64,000 bases of DNA, taken from the NCBI GenBank assembly GCA_951406725.2, contig OX597814.1, positions 23,374,001 to 23,438,000 on the forward strand. Direction: 5' to 3'. Position numbers and translations under genes: made by a program. Position 1 is the first letter of the stretch; every line of letters begins with the position of its first letter. This document shows positions 37,201-51,125 of this stretch, one piece after another. The DNA comes from Octopus vulgaris (lineage: Eukaryota). The notes under the pieces are model-generated. The model saw only the letters and a list, made by a program, of their open reading frames with translations. It did not search any database and was not told where the DNA came from.

Positions 37201-39645
37201 TTATGCAAGGTGTTGATAAGCTAAAGTATGCTAGAGGGACAAGCACAGGAATCTACTGAAAGAAAAGATCTTTACGTTGCTCTTCTGGATAAACTTCACA
37301 TTTTATGCGTTGCTGTTGAATGCTTCATAGGCCTTGTATAGTTTCTTAAGGAAGTGTTTAGTATTTTGATTATAAGTGGGTTTACAGAGCCATTATGCTT
37401 TTCTGATGTCAGTGGTAGAATGGAGAACATAGGAATGTTTTGCTGTTGATATCATCATAGTTTTTTTCTTTGTGTAAGTTTTCCAAGCAGTATGGTGGTT
37501 GGTTTTAGCTGTCTGAAGAAAAGTTTGGAGTAAGAAATAGAGAGGTGTAGGTTGGTAGTATCAAAGAGTAAACCCTGTTCTATGTGACGCATTCTACCAG
37601 TATCCAAACTTCAAAGTGTTTAGTTAAAAAAAATTAATTAAAAAATCTGGCCATCAAATTGAAAAGATCCCATGTATAATATCCAATTAATAGAATTAGA
37701 ATATGTATTTCATCATAGTTATACACTCAAATACTTAGATAAGTTTCAGCTGAAGTTGGCCCAGGTCATGTCTAATTTAATAGTCAGCTCTTGGGCACTA
37801 TAGCCCATTCGAGCAGAGAGGTATTGTTTTTAGAGACATATCTGGGTGTGGGTAGCTCGTCTGGTATTTGTTGGAGGTAATCATCTAGGGACTGTTTGAA
37901 TGCCGTGAAATCACTTAATATTTTGGACAATTAAATGTTTAATTGTTTTAAAGGCAGTACCAAGCTACAAACAATTCTTTGTTAGACTTTGGAGGGGTGT
38001 ATTATTTAGTCAGAGAAGGAGAAAACTCATGATGTTATTTAGAACCTTCAATTCAGGTGGAGTAAAAGGAGACCTCACCTATAGTCAAGTGTAGGAAACT
38101 AGCACAAAAAAACATCATTTGATATAGTGAAACACTTAAGAAAGCAATACAGCTAAATGTAGATAAATATTTAGCAGAGCTAGGTTGTTAGGGGATGTTT
38201 ATGTAATATAGTTATACAAGAAAGGATTCCTCTTCTATATAACACATATGGTGGTTATTTGCATTCATCTTTAAAACTAAGGTCCATTTTCTATAACTAA
38301 TGGATTTTTAGATAGAAGAATATACTTGAAAGGCCCATCTCAGCGACTTTTAATGAGACAATATACTTATAGATTCTTTTCAGACAAAATCGGTTTGCAT
38401 CAGAGTCAACTATGATTTGAACCCTTTAATATAAATGTAAAAATTGATAGAGATACATCTGTGTGTAGTGAGTCAGTTACTAGGGAGATGTCTGTTCTTT
38501 TAAATGTTGTTGTTTAGTCCCAGTCTTTATTTAGCAGACCTATGAGCAAAGGATTTCCAACTCTGTCCACCTTGCCTTATTTTATATCAGGACTACCGTG
38601 TCTAATATGTTGTTTCATTTATAATATGGTGGGGTGTAGTTTGAGGAAGGACTCGCTGGTATTTCTAGGGAATATCAATTGCACACATATTTTTTTCATT
38701 TTAGGAAGTATTTTAAACACGAAAGAAAGAAATAGAAAAATTACAACATAATTTTTAAAGAAACCTGCTTTGAGAGTTCAATATTTCAAACTAGATTTTC
38801 CCTTAAAAAATTGTTTTAAAATATCAAACCAGAAAGGAGTAATATCAAAACAGGAAGGAGAAATATCTTGCATAAATTAAGAACATTAAAAATATGTTGG
38901 AATAAGTTTGATTGATTGATAGTTTTTAACTGATGTGAGAAAATAGTTTCTTGATTTAAGATATCTTTTGAGACATTACTAATACACAGGAAAAAAAATT
39001 GATTAAAACATAAACATAGTGTTGTTAGGAACTGACACATTCAATATTCTCTACAACTATTATATTATGTATGACTGGGGAGGGCACCATAAATTTATGT
39101 ACCTCAGTTTGACTGGCTGATAAGAATTCAACTCATGATTTATAGACCAGTGATTACAAGTAGGAGTGGACAATGATGTCATCATTATTAGTGTAATCAT
39201 CTTCATCATCATTGTCATTGTTGCTATCATCATTGTGATCAGTCATCAGTGTCATCATCGTTGTCATCGTTGTCGTCATCGTTATCATCATCATCATCTT
39301 TCAGTGTACTGTAGCTATTGACAAGAGCAACTGAAATCTTGTATTTTTCAAGATTTTTGGCACATAGATTGTAAGAAGTGACTCTGCAGCAAATGCAGTA
39401 CAATTTTAGCTGAATAGTCAGGAGCAATTCGAAATTAAATGCCTTATCCAAGAATACAACACAATGCACGATCTAGGAATCTATTTGTTGACTTTATATC
39501 TGAGGGCCTGACAACTTAACTATCAGGTGTTTGGAACTCACTCCACCAGATTAAAATTTGAAATCACTCATTAATGAAATCTCTAACTCTCATATTGAAG
39601 AAAAGGAAACAGCTTAAACAATAAGAGTTAAATGGGAGTAAACTA

Positions 39646-40002
39646 ATCATCATCATCATCATCATCATTTAACGTCCGCTTTCCATGCTAACACATGTTG
39701 GACAGTTCGACCGGGGAAGCCAGGAGGCTGTGACAGGCTCCAGTCTGATCTGGCAGTGTTTCTACAGCTGGATACCCTTCTTAACATCAACCACTCCGCG
39801 AGTGTAGTGGGTGCTTTTTACGTGCCACCAGCACGGAAGCCAGTCAAAGCGGCACTGGCATCGACCACCTTTGGATGGTGCTTTTTACGTGCCACCGGCA
39901 CAGGTATCACAACTACAATTTCCATTTGATATTTATTTTGATGTTGATGTACTTGACTCAATAGGTCTCCTCAAGCATAGCAGGTCACCCTACGATCCAA
40001 GG
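39646..40002 (-). mobile_element. RTE-type 3' tail with (CAT)n
   Basis: catcatcatttaacgtccgctttccatgct..tctacagctggatacccttc. Confidence 0.75.
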
Positions 40003-40849
40003 TAAATACCTGAAAACTGATTTAATTGAAGATATTTTATTTTTTTGCATCACGGATGCACCCTTGCAGGTTCTTGTGCACTAGTTGGGTGATTTTATAG
40101 GAACTGATAAATTCATGAGCAGCCCTAGTGATTTGTATGTGGTACCAGCACCAAAAGGATCCTGATGTACCTTGCAAGACAAAGATTCCTCAACAAGGAG
40201 GTGGGTAAATAGTTTTGTTGGGTGTAGCTTTGTGCCAGTGGAGAGATTTAAGGTATAAAGGGGACAGATATAGTTATCATGCTGCAGAGTAGATACATGG
40301 ACACTCCAGTTGGAAAAACAAAGGAGAGTGAGCTGGAGAGAGTAAGATGAAGGGAGTGATAGTGAGAGAAATGATAGTGGGGATGTATCAGAACATGCCC
40401 TCCAAGGATGTTGGGGATACTGGGCTGGGTGAATGAGCAGGATGAGGTGAAATGAGCAGGATGAGGTGAATGATGAAGAGAAATATAGGAAAGGCTCGGG
40501 GCTGGGAGTTGCAATAAATATATGAAGGCATTGGGTGATAACAAGCAAGCAAGGAGCTGATGATGGAGAAATCACAGGGAGAGGAGAGAAGGCACATAAA
40601 GGGAAAAGTGTAGAAAGGAGATGACTGCTGGAGATAGTAGGTAAGGGAAGAAGGTAATTGGAGGAAGAGAAGATAACTAAGAAAGTCAAAGGGACGTCTT
40701 TGATCATTATCTCTTCAATCAGATCCAACTCTGGACAAAACAAGTGATGAAGGGAACGAGATGAAGCAACGAGAGATCCTTTATCTGGTCGCTCGAGTTG
40801 CTAGAAAGAGTAGCCAAATCTTCCTGACAACGCTGTAGAGAAGCCTTTG

Positions 40850-41240
40850 GAATTCCTTGATGCAACCAAAAACGTAAATTATGTCATATTTCTGTGGAAG
40901 ACATCACATGTAATTAGCAGCTTCCCACAAATGGCATCAAGGTATTCCTACCACATGTGACACAACATTGTCAGAAAATCAAAATACAATGCCATTTGGA
41001 AAGAAGGCTGTCTTGGAGTAAATATCGACAACCTTCCCACAGTTACTGAGTACATATGCAAACATAAACACAAGGTGTGGTGGTGGAAAATTCCCATCAA
41101 AAACAACCCTAAAATGTAAACATTACAGGCTGGATATCGTTCTTTGGATAGACAAGGAAAAATATATACTGTCACAGAGATCAGATGTCCTGTCGACATG
41201 TTTCTTTGAAAATCAATGAGGATAACTATAGACAACTGCC
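40850..41240 (+). mobile_element. Decayed restriction-like-endonuclease LINE fragment (R4/Dong-like)
   Basis: WWKIPIK..KCKHYRLDIVLW..TVTEIRCPVD..KINE. Confidence 0.55.
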
Positions 41241-41508
41241 TATTATTTACTAACCATGTGACTGAATAGCAAGCTTCTTACCACACAGCCGTGCCTGCAC
41301 TTGTATGTATACATGTGCATGTGTGTGTGTGTGCATGCATTCACGTGCATGTATGCATGTATGGTATTTGGTAGTGTGACATTCTTGAAAGCTCAAATTC
41401 CTTCTGTGGCTGTTTTGTGATCTCCGTTGCCTTTCAATAAAAGTTTGTTATTGGTAAATTGACCTCACTCTTTGAAGCAGTCATCCATGAATTCTGTTGA
41501 ATCTTTAA

Positions 41509-41729
41509 CCCTTTTGTTACCGTATTTATTTTGAGATACTCTGTGTTTCTTTCCATTATTTTAAATATAACAAAGAATTTAGCAAAATAACTTAGTTATC
41601 ATTAAGCTAGTGTTAGGAACATAAGTTGTCACTAAGGTTTGATGGAAGATTTTAATTCAAAACTTATGAGAACAAAACATTTGTACTACAGAACCAGAAC
41701 CGGTTTCAGCCAGGTTGATAACGAAAGGG
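41509..41729. mobile_element. piggyBac-type MITE
   Basis: TTAA|cccttttgttac ... ataacgaaaggg|TTAA. Confidence 0.8.
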
Positions 41730-41989
41730 TTAAATCACCAGCTGTTTTGTCCCCTCCCTACCTGTCTGTGCAATTATTTTGGTAAATATCTTTATATTAT
41801 TTTCTTATAATCTTATGTTATTTTATTTTTTTGCTTTGTCTATTATTTTATCTCTTGTTATTTCTCATCGTTTGACTTAAATCAAGGATGGTGAATCCCT
41901 TAATTTCAATTCAACACTTTATCTTAATTCATACAAGGGCATTCATATGTAAAGAAAAAAATCAAGTTAAATCATAGGCATGACCATTG

Positions 41990-42399
41990 CTGATATCATG
42001 TAAATGATACCAATGAAATTGTAACCATGGCCATTGCTGGTAGCATCATCTTCAAATGTTGGGCCTGACGGAGACAAAGGACAATGTGTTGAAGCATGAT
42101 CTTTGAATGTTGTGATTCACAGAGGTGATGACGAATAACTGAAACCTTGGTGATATGCTGTGCTTGAGAAGACTCATCGAGCCAAGTGAAACCATAATTG
42201 TGGAATGTGCCACTGATATGTAAATGGTACCCATGCCAGCAGCATATAAAAAGCACCTATTATACTCTTAGAGTGGTTGGCGATAGGGAAGGACATCAGA
42301 CTGGTGCAGCTCTTCCTGGTACAGTTCTTCAGTTTACCAATTCCAGTCAAACTGTCCAACCTATGGAGAGCAGACGTTAAATGATGATGTTGATGATGA
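41990..42399 (+). mobile_element. RTE-type 3' tail
   Basis: Similar to 29840-30355, ends gacgttaaatgatgatg. Confidence 0.7.
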
Positions 42400-42790
42400 A
42401 TAGACCCACAATGTATCTGTATTCTGATGTTCGCCTTTTACAAAGGAAATCAATGTAATTTTATTCAGTTTAGGTCGTCCATACATTGTATATATAAAGA
42501 GTAACTTTTATGTGCACATTTGAAGTTAAACTGCTGATGTAAGCATGATATTCTGATGATCTGATGAGCTAGTTTTCTCTGCTTGCATTAGTTTTTGCAT
42601 ATACAATTGTATTGTATAATGCTGAGCACATATATTAATCCAAACATGTACACATAATTTACTGTATACTGAAATTAATGTTATAATACTTCATAAAGAA
42701 GGTTGTGAAACAGTCATAATCCTGTGGAAGTCACAGGGTTAAATAAATCTATATTCACCTTCATACCTCTTGACTTTATATATATGTATA

Positions 42791-42857
<67 letters not shown>

Positions 42858-43324
42858 AAAACATCTGTTATAAAATGAACCTTTGTTCTTTAGTGGTTAA
42901 AATTCTGGAATATTGAATAAATAGCCAGAAGTGAATCTGATTCCTCTGATATAACTCTGTTTCAATAGAGTAGTCATACCTAAATTCAGATTACACTTAT
43001 TTAATAGCTGGATTATTGATCTTATGAAAGCCAATTTTCTATATGATATTTCCTTTGATAATTACTAGAATATCAAAATTTTCTTGCATGATATAAGTGT
43101 ATTTCAAAAACTTCCAACTACATTGCTGAAATCCAGTTGTAGGCAAGGAAAATATCTATTTCATAACATGTTGGAAATATGTAGTCGATAGGACTCAAAT
43201 AGACTAAGAAGCTCCACTGATATCAGTTTTGAATATCTTCTGACTCATAAATATTTGTGAACATTTGACTATAAGCAGTTCTATATTATTCAAAACGATT
43301 GATGTCTTTATAAAGTCAGTTGTT

Positions 43325-43360
<36 letters not shown>

Positions 43361-43816
43361 GCACACATGCACACACACAAGCACACACAAGAGAACCCAC
43401 ACATACGTATACACATAAATAAGTGATCCATCATGTATATCCATTTTTTTAATGCTGATATGAATTAAATAATTGAAAAAGATTCAAATATTAGGATTTG
43501 AATTTGTAAGTTCTTTATTTTGGAATTTCATGTAACTTTTTTCATATAGTTTGCTGCAGTTATGATAATATTCTTCATCAGTTAAAAACTATTCCTTAAT
43601 TTTACTAAAGTCTGTAAATTGTTTACCATATTCTCAATAAGTTTACACTTGTGGCCAAGCTAAACCAACAAAAAGTAACAAACAAAAAGCACATAAGAAT
43701 CATTTGTTTCTTTGCTATTAGTTCAAAAGTACCAAAGTGCCCCTTCTCAATCTAGGTACTAGCAGAAATATGATACATGTATCATAAACATTTTTGGGGT
43801 ATTTCATTAAATGATA

Positions 43817-44202
43817 ACTCTTTACTCTTTTTACTTGCCTCAGTCATTTGACTGTGGCCATGCTGGAGCACCACCTTTAGTCGAGCAAATCAACCCCAGG
43901 ACTTAGTCTTTGTAAGCCTAGTACTTATTCTATCGGTCTCTTTTGCTGAACCGCTAAGTTATGGGTACATAAACACACCACCATCGGTTGTCAAGCGATG
44001 TTCGGGGGACAAACACAGACACACAAATATATCTATATACATATATACGACGGGCTTCTTTCAGTTTCCATCTACCAAATCCACTCACATGGCTCTGTTC
44101 AGCCCAAGGCTATAGTAGAAGACACTTACCCATGGTGCCACACAGTGGGACTGAACCCGGAGCTATGTGGTTGGTAAGCAAGCTACTTACGACACAGCTA
44201 CT
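43817..44202 (-). mobile_element. SINE family A
   Basis: Colinear with 352-764. Confidence 0.85.
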
Positions 44203-44593
44203 CTGAAAATAATCAATAGGCTCTTGTTTTGCACCTTAAATCACTTTGTTTTCTGATAAACAGTGCAGTTTCTGTTCTTGGACCTCACTATTGATCTTCT
44301 GACCAACACAAGGAAATGTTTTTGTCATGCTTTAGATAATAACAGTGAGACAAGTATTGTTGTCTTAACCTTTTGAAAGTATTTAACAAGGTTTGGTTTG
44401 CTGACCCTCAGCCAGTTTAAGCTATATGGAATTTCTGAAAGAATCTTGGCATTTATTAATCTTTTCTAAATGAATGTTGAATTAATTTATCTTAAATGGC
44501 CATCATACTCCTACTTACTCTGGCATGTCGTCCAGTTTTCCTCAATCTATTTTTAGTCCCATAGTTTTCTTAATCATTATTAATGACCTTCTT

Positions 44594-44990
44594 AAGGTGG
44601 TGAGCTGGCAGAATCGTTAGTATGCCAGACAAAATGCTTAGTGGTATTTCATCTGCTGTTACGTTCTGAGTTCAAATTCCACTGAGGTCGACTTTGCCTT
44701 TCATCCTTTCAGGGTCGATTAAATAAGTACCAGTTGCACTGGGGTCGATATAATCGACTTAATCCGTTTGTCTGTCCTTGTTTGTCCCCTCTGTGTGTAG
44801 CCCCTTGTGGGAAGTAAAGAAATAGGTATTTCATCTGCTGCTACATTCTGAGTTCAATTCTACCAAGGTTGATCTTGCCTTTCATCCTTTTGGGGTTGAT
44901 AAATTAAGTACCAGTGAAACACTGGAGTCGATGTAATTGACTAGTTCCCTCCCCCAAAATTTCATGGTCCTGTACCTTCAGTAGAAAGAA
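44594..44990 (+). mobile_element. Head-to-tail dimer of SINE family B with TSD
   Basis: TSD ttat(t/c)aatgaccttctt at ~44577 and ~44991; two Nin-like cores. Confidence 0.8.
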
Positions 44991-45469
44991 TTATCAATGA
45001 CCTTCTTGTTGTTACATATAAACTTGTCTGTGCTGATGACAATGCTTTTTTCTGTTTGAATGAGAAAACTGATTTGTTTGATAAGGAAGAAATAACTGTT
45101 GTGCTTGACCTGCATTCAGTGACTGATTGGAGTGCTTAGTAGTTGGTTACTTTCAACTCTGCAGAAACTACACTACTTTCCAATAATTGTTACAGGAAGT
45201 CTGATGAAAATATACTTCTACGTTTGATACACTTTTTTCTGAGTCTTTGTCATTTTGGTTTAACATTTTTCAAAGATTTTTCTTGAATTGGTCATATTAG
45301 ATTTATTGCTAAATTAGCTGCTATGAAGGTTGGGCTTCAATTTCAAGCGCATCAGTATCTTCCCTCTGAATGTATCATTTATTTATGATAAATCTCTTAT
45401 GAATAAAATAGGGCTGTTACTTATGAGTTTTATGTCTCTGTTTTTATTTCTTATTTCTGTACTGCCCAC

Positions 45470-45672
45470 AAGGAGCCATGCACAGAGGGGACAAACAAAG
45501 ACAGACAAACGGATTAAGTCGATTATATCGACCCTGGTACTTATTTAATTGACCCTGAAAGGATGAAAGACAAAGTCGATCTCAGCGGAATTTGAACTCA
45601 GAACATAGCGGCAGACGAAATACTGCTAAGCATTTTGCCCGGAGTGCTAACGGTTCTGCCAGCTTGCCAGCC
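45470..45672 (-). mobile_element. SINE family B
   Basis: gaaaggatgaaagacaaagtcgatctcagcggaatttgaactcag. Confidence 0.8.
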
Positions 45673-48600
45673 TTTCTGTGTCTCTGCTCTTGTTATTTCT
45701 TTTTTCCTGACCAGGTCTAAAAATGAGTTCCTAACATTGCTGGTCTTGTTTTGGAAGCTAAACTTCACCCCCTTTCCTATTATTACCAGGCTAATGCCAC
45801 TTTAGTTGTATACTATAAATACTTCCATGGCTGTATGTTCTGTTGAGCTTTCTTCTTTTGTTCCTCCTCTCAATGTTACTAATCGAAATAATTTATCTTT
45901 CTACAAATTCTAAACTTTTCATTGGTATTGTCACCTCTTATAAGAAAAGTTGTTTCTTTCTTCTACTTTAGGAAACTTTCTGTTTTCTTCTTTCTCTTCT
46001 TGTATAATCTGCTTGTAACTCATGTTGACAATTTTATGGTTTTGCTGCTCACTTTGAATTAGATTAGTGTGTTTCCTTTTCCTTTTATAAATTCTAACAA
46101 ACTTGCTATTATTGTTGAGAGTGATTTTGAAAAGAGAAGCCAAATATTTATTTTCAGGAGAGATTTTCTAGTTTGTCTTATCAAATTATATGTAATTCTC
46201 ACTAATGCTAATACTTTGTAGTAATTGGAGTATAGTTTTCAGAACAGATTTCTTACTTTGCATCATAGTGTAACTTTTAAGATCTTTGGGAGGGTCATTT
46301 TGCCAATGACATAATAATGCAAACACTTCTTTTCTATTCTTTGTTATACAATCAAGCACATTTTCTTTTATCGTTTATTTGTTTCCATCACTGGATTGTA
46401 GCTATGTTGATGATCTTTCTATAGAACTTTAAATCTAAACTATAATAAATACAGTATCAACACATCGTTACATAAAAAACTGTAAATTCAATAATATATT
46501 CACTGAAACCAAAATTCTACAGTAATTGTAAATTAGATTTAAAACATGTCTTTAATTCACTTCAGAAACTGACATAAAATTGTCAAATCCCATACAGTAA
46601 TTATAATATAGTTTCCAGAAAATAAACCGATGTATTTAGTTAAAACCCTATCAATTATTCACAGATGAGATAGTAGTGATATTGTTACTTACTGTATTTT
46701 ATTGAGCAGACCTATGATCAAAGGCATTCCAGCTTGAACTCCCTTCCTTTTTTAGGGGAATATAGGAACATATTTTTCTTACTAGTCCTTTCTTTATTTA
46801 ATAGAGTAGGTTTGCCAGACCTCAGTCAAATCGTCCAACCCATGCTAGCATGGAAAGCAGACGTTAAACGATGATGATGATGATGATGATGATGTGATTT
46901 GAAGGCAATTCCATTGAGTGATGACAATGCAGAGACTTTTTTGTTCGTTCAAATGAAGCAAATACAACAACGTAAACTGACTAGTAATGCTTGTCTGAAG
47001 TACATTTGAACTCATAACATGTGGTCAGTAATACAGGGTCAAAACATTTCTGTGCTATCACAAATTGGAACAATTTTTCTTTTATCACCATCAGCACAAC
47101 ATACCTTCTCTATTCACTTTCTTTAATTCACTCGAAGTTCCACAGCAAGGTCAAAGTACTTTAAAGTATTATATCATTTTTAACATAGTGTATCAATATT
47201 GCAATTTACTTCCTCAATGGTTTCCTTGAACAAGAGAAAAAGAAAACTGTATGAAATCTTTATATATTTATTAATTTTTTGCCAGTCTAACTCTTTTCAA
47301 CTGACAATCTCACATATTTTTTTTAGTGGATTAAATCCTTTTAGATTTTTCTTTTTTTTTCCCCTCAAAAATAATCTTTCTGAAAATGAAAAATTATCTC
47401 ATTAAAAACAAGAAGTGCATAAAAATATAATTTCCAAACCACTTTGAAATTTGAGTAACCAATGAAATCAGAAGAATTATGTTATTTGTGTTGATAATTA
47501 AAATATGAAATCAAAGATTTCAACTATCAGAAAAGGACTCTTTTTGAAAAAGAGTTAACCCATTTTAATGTATTTCTGTGTTAAAACACTCCAGAAAAGA
47601 CAAACACTGTTAGAATTAGCTGATAATTATGAAATTCAAAATGGAAACTTTCCTAAAAATGTATGTTAGAGACTTTTATTTGATTTTCTCTAACTCAGAG
47701 AATAAAATAAAATAAAATAAAATAAAAACAACTCACATCTCTAGATTTTCAAACAAATGTGTTTGGAGAAATCTCATGACATATGTTTGTGTATTTCTAG
47801 CAGAGACCTATTTTACTTGCCATGAGATTTATATCTATATCAATTTTAATGTATGTTTATTCAAACACACACAAACACATATACACACACGTGTGTGTGT
47901 GTGTGTGTATAAACTTAAACATATTTATGTACAATAAAGAAGTGATTAAGAATACAAATATATACACATGCTACATGTGTGTGTAATTCTATAGACCACA
48001 TTTTCATTTAATGTTTGTCAAAAGAAAACACTAAAGAGATATATATGTTACACTAAACATGTCCATATGTCAGTGTATGTGCAACCGTGAATGTAATTTA
48101 AGGTAGTTTAAATGTGTGGAAGCATGCTTGAATATTCATACATGCATACACACTCATACTCATATATGTTTGCACCCTCCCCCCACACACACACACATAC
48201 GCATACATAAATATACAAATATATACATATGTGTATGAAGGCATCATTATTACATTTATACATGAGTGTATATCAAAGATGCAATAATGAAATTTTGTTG
48301 TTAGCATTTCCTTTGATTTGCTAATTGCTTAGGCTGAAATGTTTTTACAGCCAGATTCACTGCAAATATGGATGAGTTACATTATGTTAGTTGCTGAATT
48401 TAGTATTTACTAATGTGATTCACACTGCTTAGATCTATATATTTGTATATGCCTGTATATTCAGCTACATCATCATCATCATTGTTGTTGTTGCCAGCAT
48501 CATTATCATTGTCATCATCATAATCATCATCATCAGTAGCAGCAACAATAACCATCAAACAGAGTTGTAAAAGCTGTACTGCTATAGGTAACAGATTCAT

Positions 48601-49159
48601 CATAAAGTTATTCTTATGCCGTACAGAGGTGGTTGCTTTCATGCAGACAAGTGCAAAAGAATTGACATCTTTCCAGTAATAAAGTTTGGAGCCTTTAGTT
48701 TTGTAAATTCAAATTCTGTTGTTGTTGCTGTTGTTGTTGATTTGCTCTGGAAGAAGGTGGTGTACCCACGGTATTTATGAGCTGTCAAAAACTGGAAGGG
48801 CTGCCAAGGTTGAAGTCCTTTTTACACAGTTTTAAGTTGAATGCTGCAGCTAAAATATGAGCAGAAGATTTTTTTTTTTTTTGCAGGAACTGTCATCTTG
48901 CAGAGAAGGACTGAAAATATTGTTCAGTACAAGGGATGGTTGCGATGGGGTGACCCAATATAGCTATCAAGAAAAGAGGTAGGAAAGTCAGGCGTGTCAG
49001 AATGTAGGTTGCGCAAGATCAACCAGCTGTGAGAATCAGAGGCTATTGTAATAGAGGTACAAAAAGGATGAGAAGCAGGATGCAATAAATCTGTGTGACA
49101 AAGTTTGGAATGAGACTAACCATTAGACTAACCTATCATTTCCTTAATCAAATGGATAT

Positions 49160-49725
49160 TGTAGTTGTAATACCCGTGTCGGTGGCATGTAGGGCCTCTC
49201 AGAGGAAATGACGAAGACCGAGACCTGAGATATGCTGTGACTGTGAAGACCTGACAAATGGAGTTCAGGGCTCACAGGACGGCCTGCTGTGCTAACCTTG
49301 GATCATAGAGGGACCCGCTGTTCTTGAGGAGACCTACTGAGTCAAGTACGTCAACATCAAAATAAAAATCAATGGAAATTGTAGTTAAGATACCTGTGCC
49401 GGTGACACGTAAAAAGCACTGTCCGAACAGAGCAGATGCCAGCACCAACCGATCATGGCCGTTTGTCAGCCTCCTCTAGCCCCTGTGCTGGTGGCACGTA
49501 AAAAGCACCCTCTACACTCACGGAGTGGTTGGCGTTAGGAAGGGCATCCAGCTGTAGAAACACTGCCAGATCAGACTGGAGCCTGGTACAGTCTCCTGGT
49601 TCACAGACCTTGATCGAACTGCCCAACCCATGCTAGCATGGAAAACGAACGTTAAACAACGATGATGATGATGAGGAGGAGGATGATGCAGATGATGATG
49701 ATGATGATGATGCTGATGATGATGG
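49160..49725 (+). mobile_element. RTE-type 3' tail with (GAT)n
   Basis: Reverse complement of the 39646-40002 family. Confidence 0.75.
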
Positions 49726-50422
49726 AGTATTCACCAAAAGGTAAAGAACAAGTTATCCTTGGAGTTTTGGAATATCTGGATATTTGACATTAAAATCTAA
49801 TATTCAAACTATATTAGGCATGTTGACTATTAAAGAACTTGCAAAACTCAAGGAAGAGGACACTTTAAAAACAAATGAAGTTTCAACATCCTCAACATCT
49901 TGACAACTTGATGCGTTGTCTGGATTTAGTTATAAATGAATTAATGATAACCATGAATATGACAGACAATTAATGAGGAAGTTTATGTCAGAAGAAATCA
50001 TCAAAAAGTTCATTTACAATAATTAGTGAAGAAAAAATAAGTTAACTACAATATTTTAATTATTTCAGCAAGTACAGGGAAAAACTCTGGACATGTTCTA
50101 GCCTACTTATAACCTTATCAGTAAAGCATAGATTTCAGTGATCTTGCTGAAGTAGTGATGAGTCATGGTGTTCCCTTCTCCACATAATCCTTTTCAGCTA
50201 ACGTTTTAGTGCTCACAAATATATGTGCCCTAAAACAAATTACTGGTAGTTTGAAAAAGAAAATTAATAAGATTTTTAGCATCATCATTCACCTAAAATA
50301 TTTACAGTTTTCTTTTAAATACACACCTCTCATATTTTGAGATGCTTATTTACACTGTAACTGTAATATTAAACAATTCAAAGGTTGTATAGATATCCTG
50401 TTCTATGGGTAGATTGGTTGCT

Positions 50423-50624
50423 ATCTTTTACTTGCTTCAGTTATTAGAGTGTGGCCATGCTGGGGTACCATCTTGAAGAATTTTTTATCGAATAAATCAA
50501 TCTCAGTACTTATTCTATCAATATCTTTTGCCAAACTGCTACGTTATGGGGGCATAAACACACCAACACCGGTTGTCAAGTATTGGTGGGGAACAAACAC
50601 AGATACAAAGACACACACACACAA

Positions 50625-50657
<33 letters not shown>

Positions 50658-50834
50658 AACACACACACACATAAACACACATAGACACACACACACAATG
50701 GACTTCTTTCACTTTCCGTCTACCAAATCCACTCAGAAGACTTTGGTTGGCCCAAGACTATAGTAGAAGACACTTGCCCAAAGTGCCATGCAATAAGACT
50801 GAACCCAGAACCATATGGTTTGGAAGCAAGCTCC
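50423..50834 (-). mobile_element. SINE family A
   Basis: Colinear with 352-764, internal (CA)n. Confidence 0.8.
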
Positions 50835-50919
50835 TTACCACACAGCCATGCCTATGTAGTATAATAATATGCTGGAGCCAGTAGAGGAAACAAATGTTGT
50901 CAATATTCTTTTCTACTCT

Positions 50920-51125
50920 AAGTATAAGGCCTGAAATTTTTGGGTAGGTGGGGCCAGTCAATTAGATCGACCCCAGTACACAACTGGTACTTAATTTATT
51001 GACCCTGAAAGGATGAAAGGCAAAGTCACCCTCATCAGAATTTGAACTCAGAACATTAAAGATAGATGAAATACTGCTAAGCATTTCGTCCAGCGTGCTA
51101 AGGTTTTCTGCCAGCTCACCACCTT
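50920..51125 (-). mobile_element. SINE family B
   Basis: gaccctgaaaggatgaaaggcaaagtc..ccagctcaccacctt. Confidence 0.8.

Larger units (their letters stand above)
44230..45880 (+). mobile_element. Old CR1/Jockey-group LINE RT remnant interrupted by SINEs
   Basis: FNKVW, FKLYGIS, INDL, ADD, YYKYFHG.CSVELSSFVPPL motifs across frameshifts. Confidence 0.65.

Noticed and set aside
40081-40743. 220-aa minus-strand ORF and a possible decayed hammerhead near 40255-40315
   Set aside because: CT-rich low-complexity sequence with no domain; ribozyme core too degenerate to call; likely a repeat tail
48887-48978. AG..GT open segment ELSSCREGLKILFSTRDGCDGVTQYSYQEK
   Set aside because: Acceptor is just a poly-T run; no recognisable protein; could be TE debris
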